NCBI GenBank assembly: GCA_965178125.1
Contig: OZ237760.1
Location: 248,001 to 312,000 of the forward strand
Direction of reading: 5' to 3'
Length of the DNA: 64,000 nt
Source of the DNA: Bilabrum cf. latius
Lineage: Eukaryota
The notes under the pieces were generated by a model, which was given only the letters and a program-made list of their open reading frames with translations, did not search any database and was not told the origin of the DNA. The first letter of the stretch is position 1; each line of letters begins with the position of its first letter. The position numbers and the translations under genes were made by a program. This document shows positions 61,414-64,000 of this stretch, piece by piece.

Positions 61414-64000
61414 TCACGCCTGCGATCTCTCTAGGCGCACGGCCACAAGCGTTTGAATCCCCAGGAACCGCTTCACCCGGGCGAGAAACGCCCCCTTTCT
61501 CATCAAGTACGGCCACACGGCACCGGCCGTCCGCAGCACAAACATGGGCGACAGCACCACCAGCCGCGAGGCGTCGTGGTCGTACTTGTTCCCTGGGACC
61601 GCATGCCGATACCTACTGCCTCCACTCTCAGAGTCGCCATCACCCTCTCCCACTCCCTCCTCCCCCTCATACGAAGTCGCCACCGACACGGCGCTCGGCT
61701 CCCTGGCCCTGCCAGTGGTCCCCTCTCGCCCTCCCCGCATCGAGAAACTAATCCAGGGCCTGAGCTTCTCGCCGTCGGGTACCAGGATCTCCGCCGGGCG
61801 GAACTGGTCCACCGTCTCGTGCGCCTTCTGGATCCGCTGGTTTGCCCACCTCGAGTCCGGGTCATCATCCTCCATGTCGGTGACACGGCCCACCACCGAG
61901 CCACCTCCTGTGCGACCCCCGCCAGCATCATCCGACCCGGCGCCCGCACCAGCCCGAGCACCGGCACCGCCGAGCCAGGAAAAACCAGAATCCGTGCTGG
62001 ATCCCCGCTTGTGCACTGCATTGCCAGCATCCCCACCACCCTGCTTTAGGTGCACCGCACGATCGCCCAGCCCTCTCGAGCTAGTGCTTGACCCCCGGCT
62101 CCCCATGGAGGCCAGGCTCTCACCGCCGCTGTACTCGCTGCTGCCCTGACCCGGCCTGTCGATCGCCCGCCCGTATCCCAGCGCCACCCCAACGGACTCG
62201 GAATCGGAATCGCCGGCCAGTTCCCTGGAGATGAGGAGCGTGTTGCTGACCCTCCGCTTCAGCTCCGAGTCTCCCCGCCTGTTCAACCCGTTGCCCCCGC
62301 CCCCGCCGCTGCCACTGCCGCTGCCCCTGTTGCCCCCACCTCCCTCACCTTGCCCCTTCTCAACGGACATGAGTGCTCGCCCTTTTGCTTTTCCCTTGCC
62401 CAGCCTCCCGTGGATCTCCCTCTTGGCCGCCTGTCTCGCCCTCTTCTTGTGTCTCCTCCTCGCCCTCTCCTGTCGCACCTGGCTCTTCCAGTCGTCCACA
62501 GGCACGTCCACCATGGCGCTTGACAGCGAGCGAGAAGGGTCTCTCCCGTCTCCTGCCGATGCCCCGTCCTCCTCATCGTCCGTCTCCTCGTCTTCGTCGT
62601 AGTAGGAGAAGCTGCTCCCGTTGGATGCACCCACGCTGCCTCCGCTGACCTGAGGACCAGCACCATGCCCATCCCCATGCCTCCTGTCCTTGGCCTTGGC
62701 CCTGTCCTTTGACTTGGAGAAACTGCCTATCTTAGGCCCAGGGGCCTTCGTTGGTCGCAAGCCAGCGCCCGGCCCACTACCGGCTTCATTGGAGAGGCCA
62801 TAGGCACGCGGCGGGTCACCGCTATGCAGCCGGAACAGCGACTCGTCTCTCAGCTGCTCGCTGTCGGAAGCAGTGGCAGGACCTAGTGCCCCTCCCATGC
62901 GGTCTGTTGTTCCCTGGGTTGTTCCTCGGCTGCTTCCCTCGACTGGAACCACCTGCTACCACCCGAGCCGCGGCTGCACACCCTCCTGCCCTCCAGCGCT
63001 GGTGGGGCTGTTGCGTGCAACAGCCGAGGGGCCAGGCTCCATGTTACTACTAGTAGAACCACTGCCTGCTTCCAATATATCTGCTCCGAGACGATCGCCT
63101 ACGCTCTGCGAGCCCTCCACCAGCGGGGACATGGGCGGCGGCTTGGCGATCCCACTTGCGGCACCGCGCGATTTTGCGGAACTTATGTACCCCCCACGGA
63201 CCTCGGTCGGAATGATCACCTGCCCGCTATCCGACCTGTCTGCCACGGCAGGGCCCGCCTTTCCGTCGGTCAGCACATTCACTGCAGCATCGCTGGGCCG
63301 GGGCAGCGGCCCGCTGGTCCTGCTGTTAGTGGAGGACAGGCGCCTTGAGCCCAATCGCTTGCCCTTGCTGCTGCTGTGGAAGCCACCTGAGCTGCTGCCC
63401 GCCACAGACGAGCTGATCCAGCTCCCACCATCGTGGGCTCCGTTCCCAGGTGTGTTGATAGACCCGGAGGTGAGCATGCCGGAAGTCTCCATGGTGGCCT
63501 CCCGCACCGCCCTGAGCTCTGCGCCGTGGGACCGTATGGCGGGTCTGTGGGTGTATCCCTGCAGCCCGCTGGCAACCTCCATCGTGGGGGTGACACCTCC
63601 CGTGACCCTCGTGCCTGCCAAGCCCCCCGCAACACCCCAGCCCCTCACAACAGCATCCATGGGGCCAGCACCGCTACCGCTACCGCCGTTGCCGCCGCCA
63701 TCGACTGCCCCCAAATGGTCCTCCACAGCGGCGTCCGCTTCGTCTTCTCTAGCAATACCCGGCCCACCTGCACCTTGCACTGCACGATCGTGCCTTCCTT
63801 GTTCCCCCGAGGAATTTGTTCTCTGGGTCGTAAGCCTTCCAGTGCCGATAGTCACCCCTTGCAGGCTAGCGCTCCGCGACGTGCTGGGGTGGTCCCCGTC
63901 GCGATCGCCACACCCCTGGCTTGCCACGCTCCGTGTGGTGCTGTGGCCCGTGCCCGTGTATTCACGGGGGAGCGCCCGCTAGCCCTTGCCCCGCTCAGCA
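61414..64000 (-). CDS. Gly/Ser-rich, largely disordered protein of unknown function; 5' end lies outside the window
   Basis: ORFs 62956-63927 and 61414-62952 share a frame joined through TAG (62956, also 63979); ends TGA at 61414. Confidence 0.65.

Noticed and set aside
1-64000. Mass pseudogenisation or sequencing error as the cause of fragmented ORFs
   Set aside because: The interruptions are TAG only, frames are preserved, essential genes are affected and TAG maps to Gln positions.
1-64000. TAG as pyrrolysine, Leu or occasional readthrough
   Set aside because: Direct CAG/TAG exchanges and conserved Gln columns point to Gln; the density, including tandem TAGTAG at 2826-2831 and 21425-21430, is too high for leaky readthrough.
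60504-64000. Single gene spanning 60504-64000
   Set aside because: The upstream ORF ends at TGA 61414, and 60504-61095 is a self-contained UMP1/POMP gene.

Overview
GC-rich, gene-dense nuclear DNA of a microbial eukaryote with spliceosomal introns. The supplied ORF track is fragmented because this genome appears to use a non-standard nuclear code: TAG is read as Gln, TGA is the stop used by every host gene end visible here, and no in-frame TAA was seen. With TAG=Gln the fragments merge into about 16 host genes: a TALE homeobox protein, UBE2S, WDR43/UTP5, a giant coiled-coil protein, a secreted Glu-repeat protein, an EF-hand protein, two GH43-like beta-propeller paralogs, a TFIIB-related protein, a PH/permuted-papain protein, a GRIP golgin, a gustatory-receptor-like 7TM protein, a P2X receptor, an FAD oxidoreductase, UMP1/POMP and one unknown. 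An 8.1-kb Ngaro-type tyrosine-recombinase retrotransposon (A1-ORFs-B1-A2-spacer-B2) sits between the two glycoside-hydrolase paralogs. It also uses TAG=Gln and has a non-canonical recombinase catalytic box. Family calls are by motif recognition only; no searches were run.
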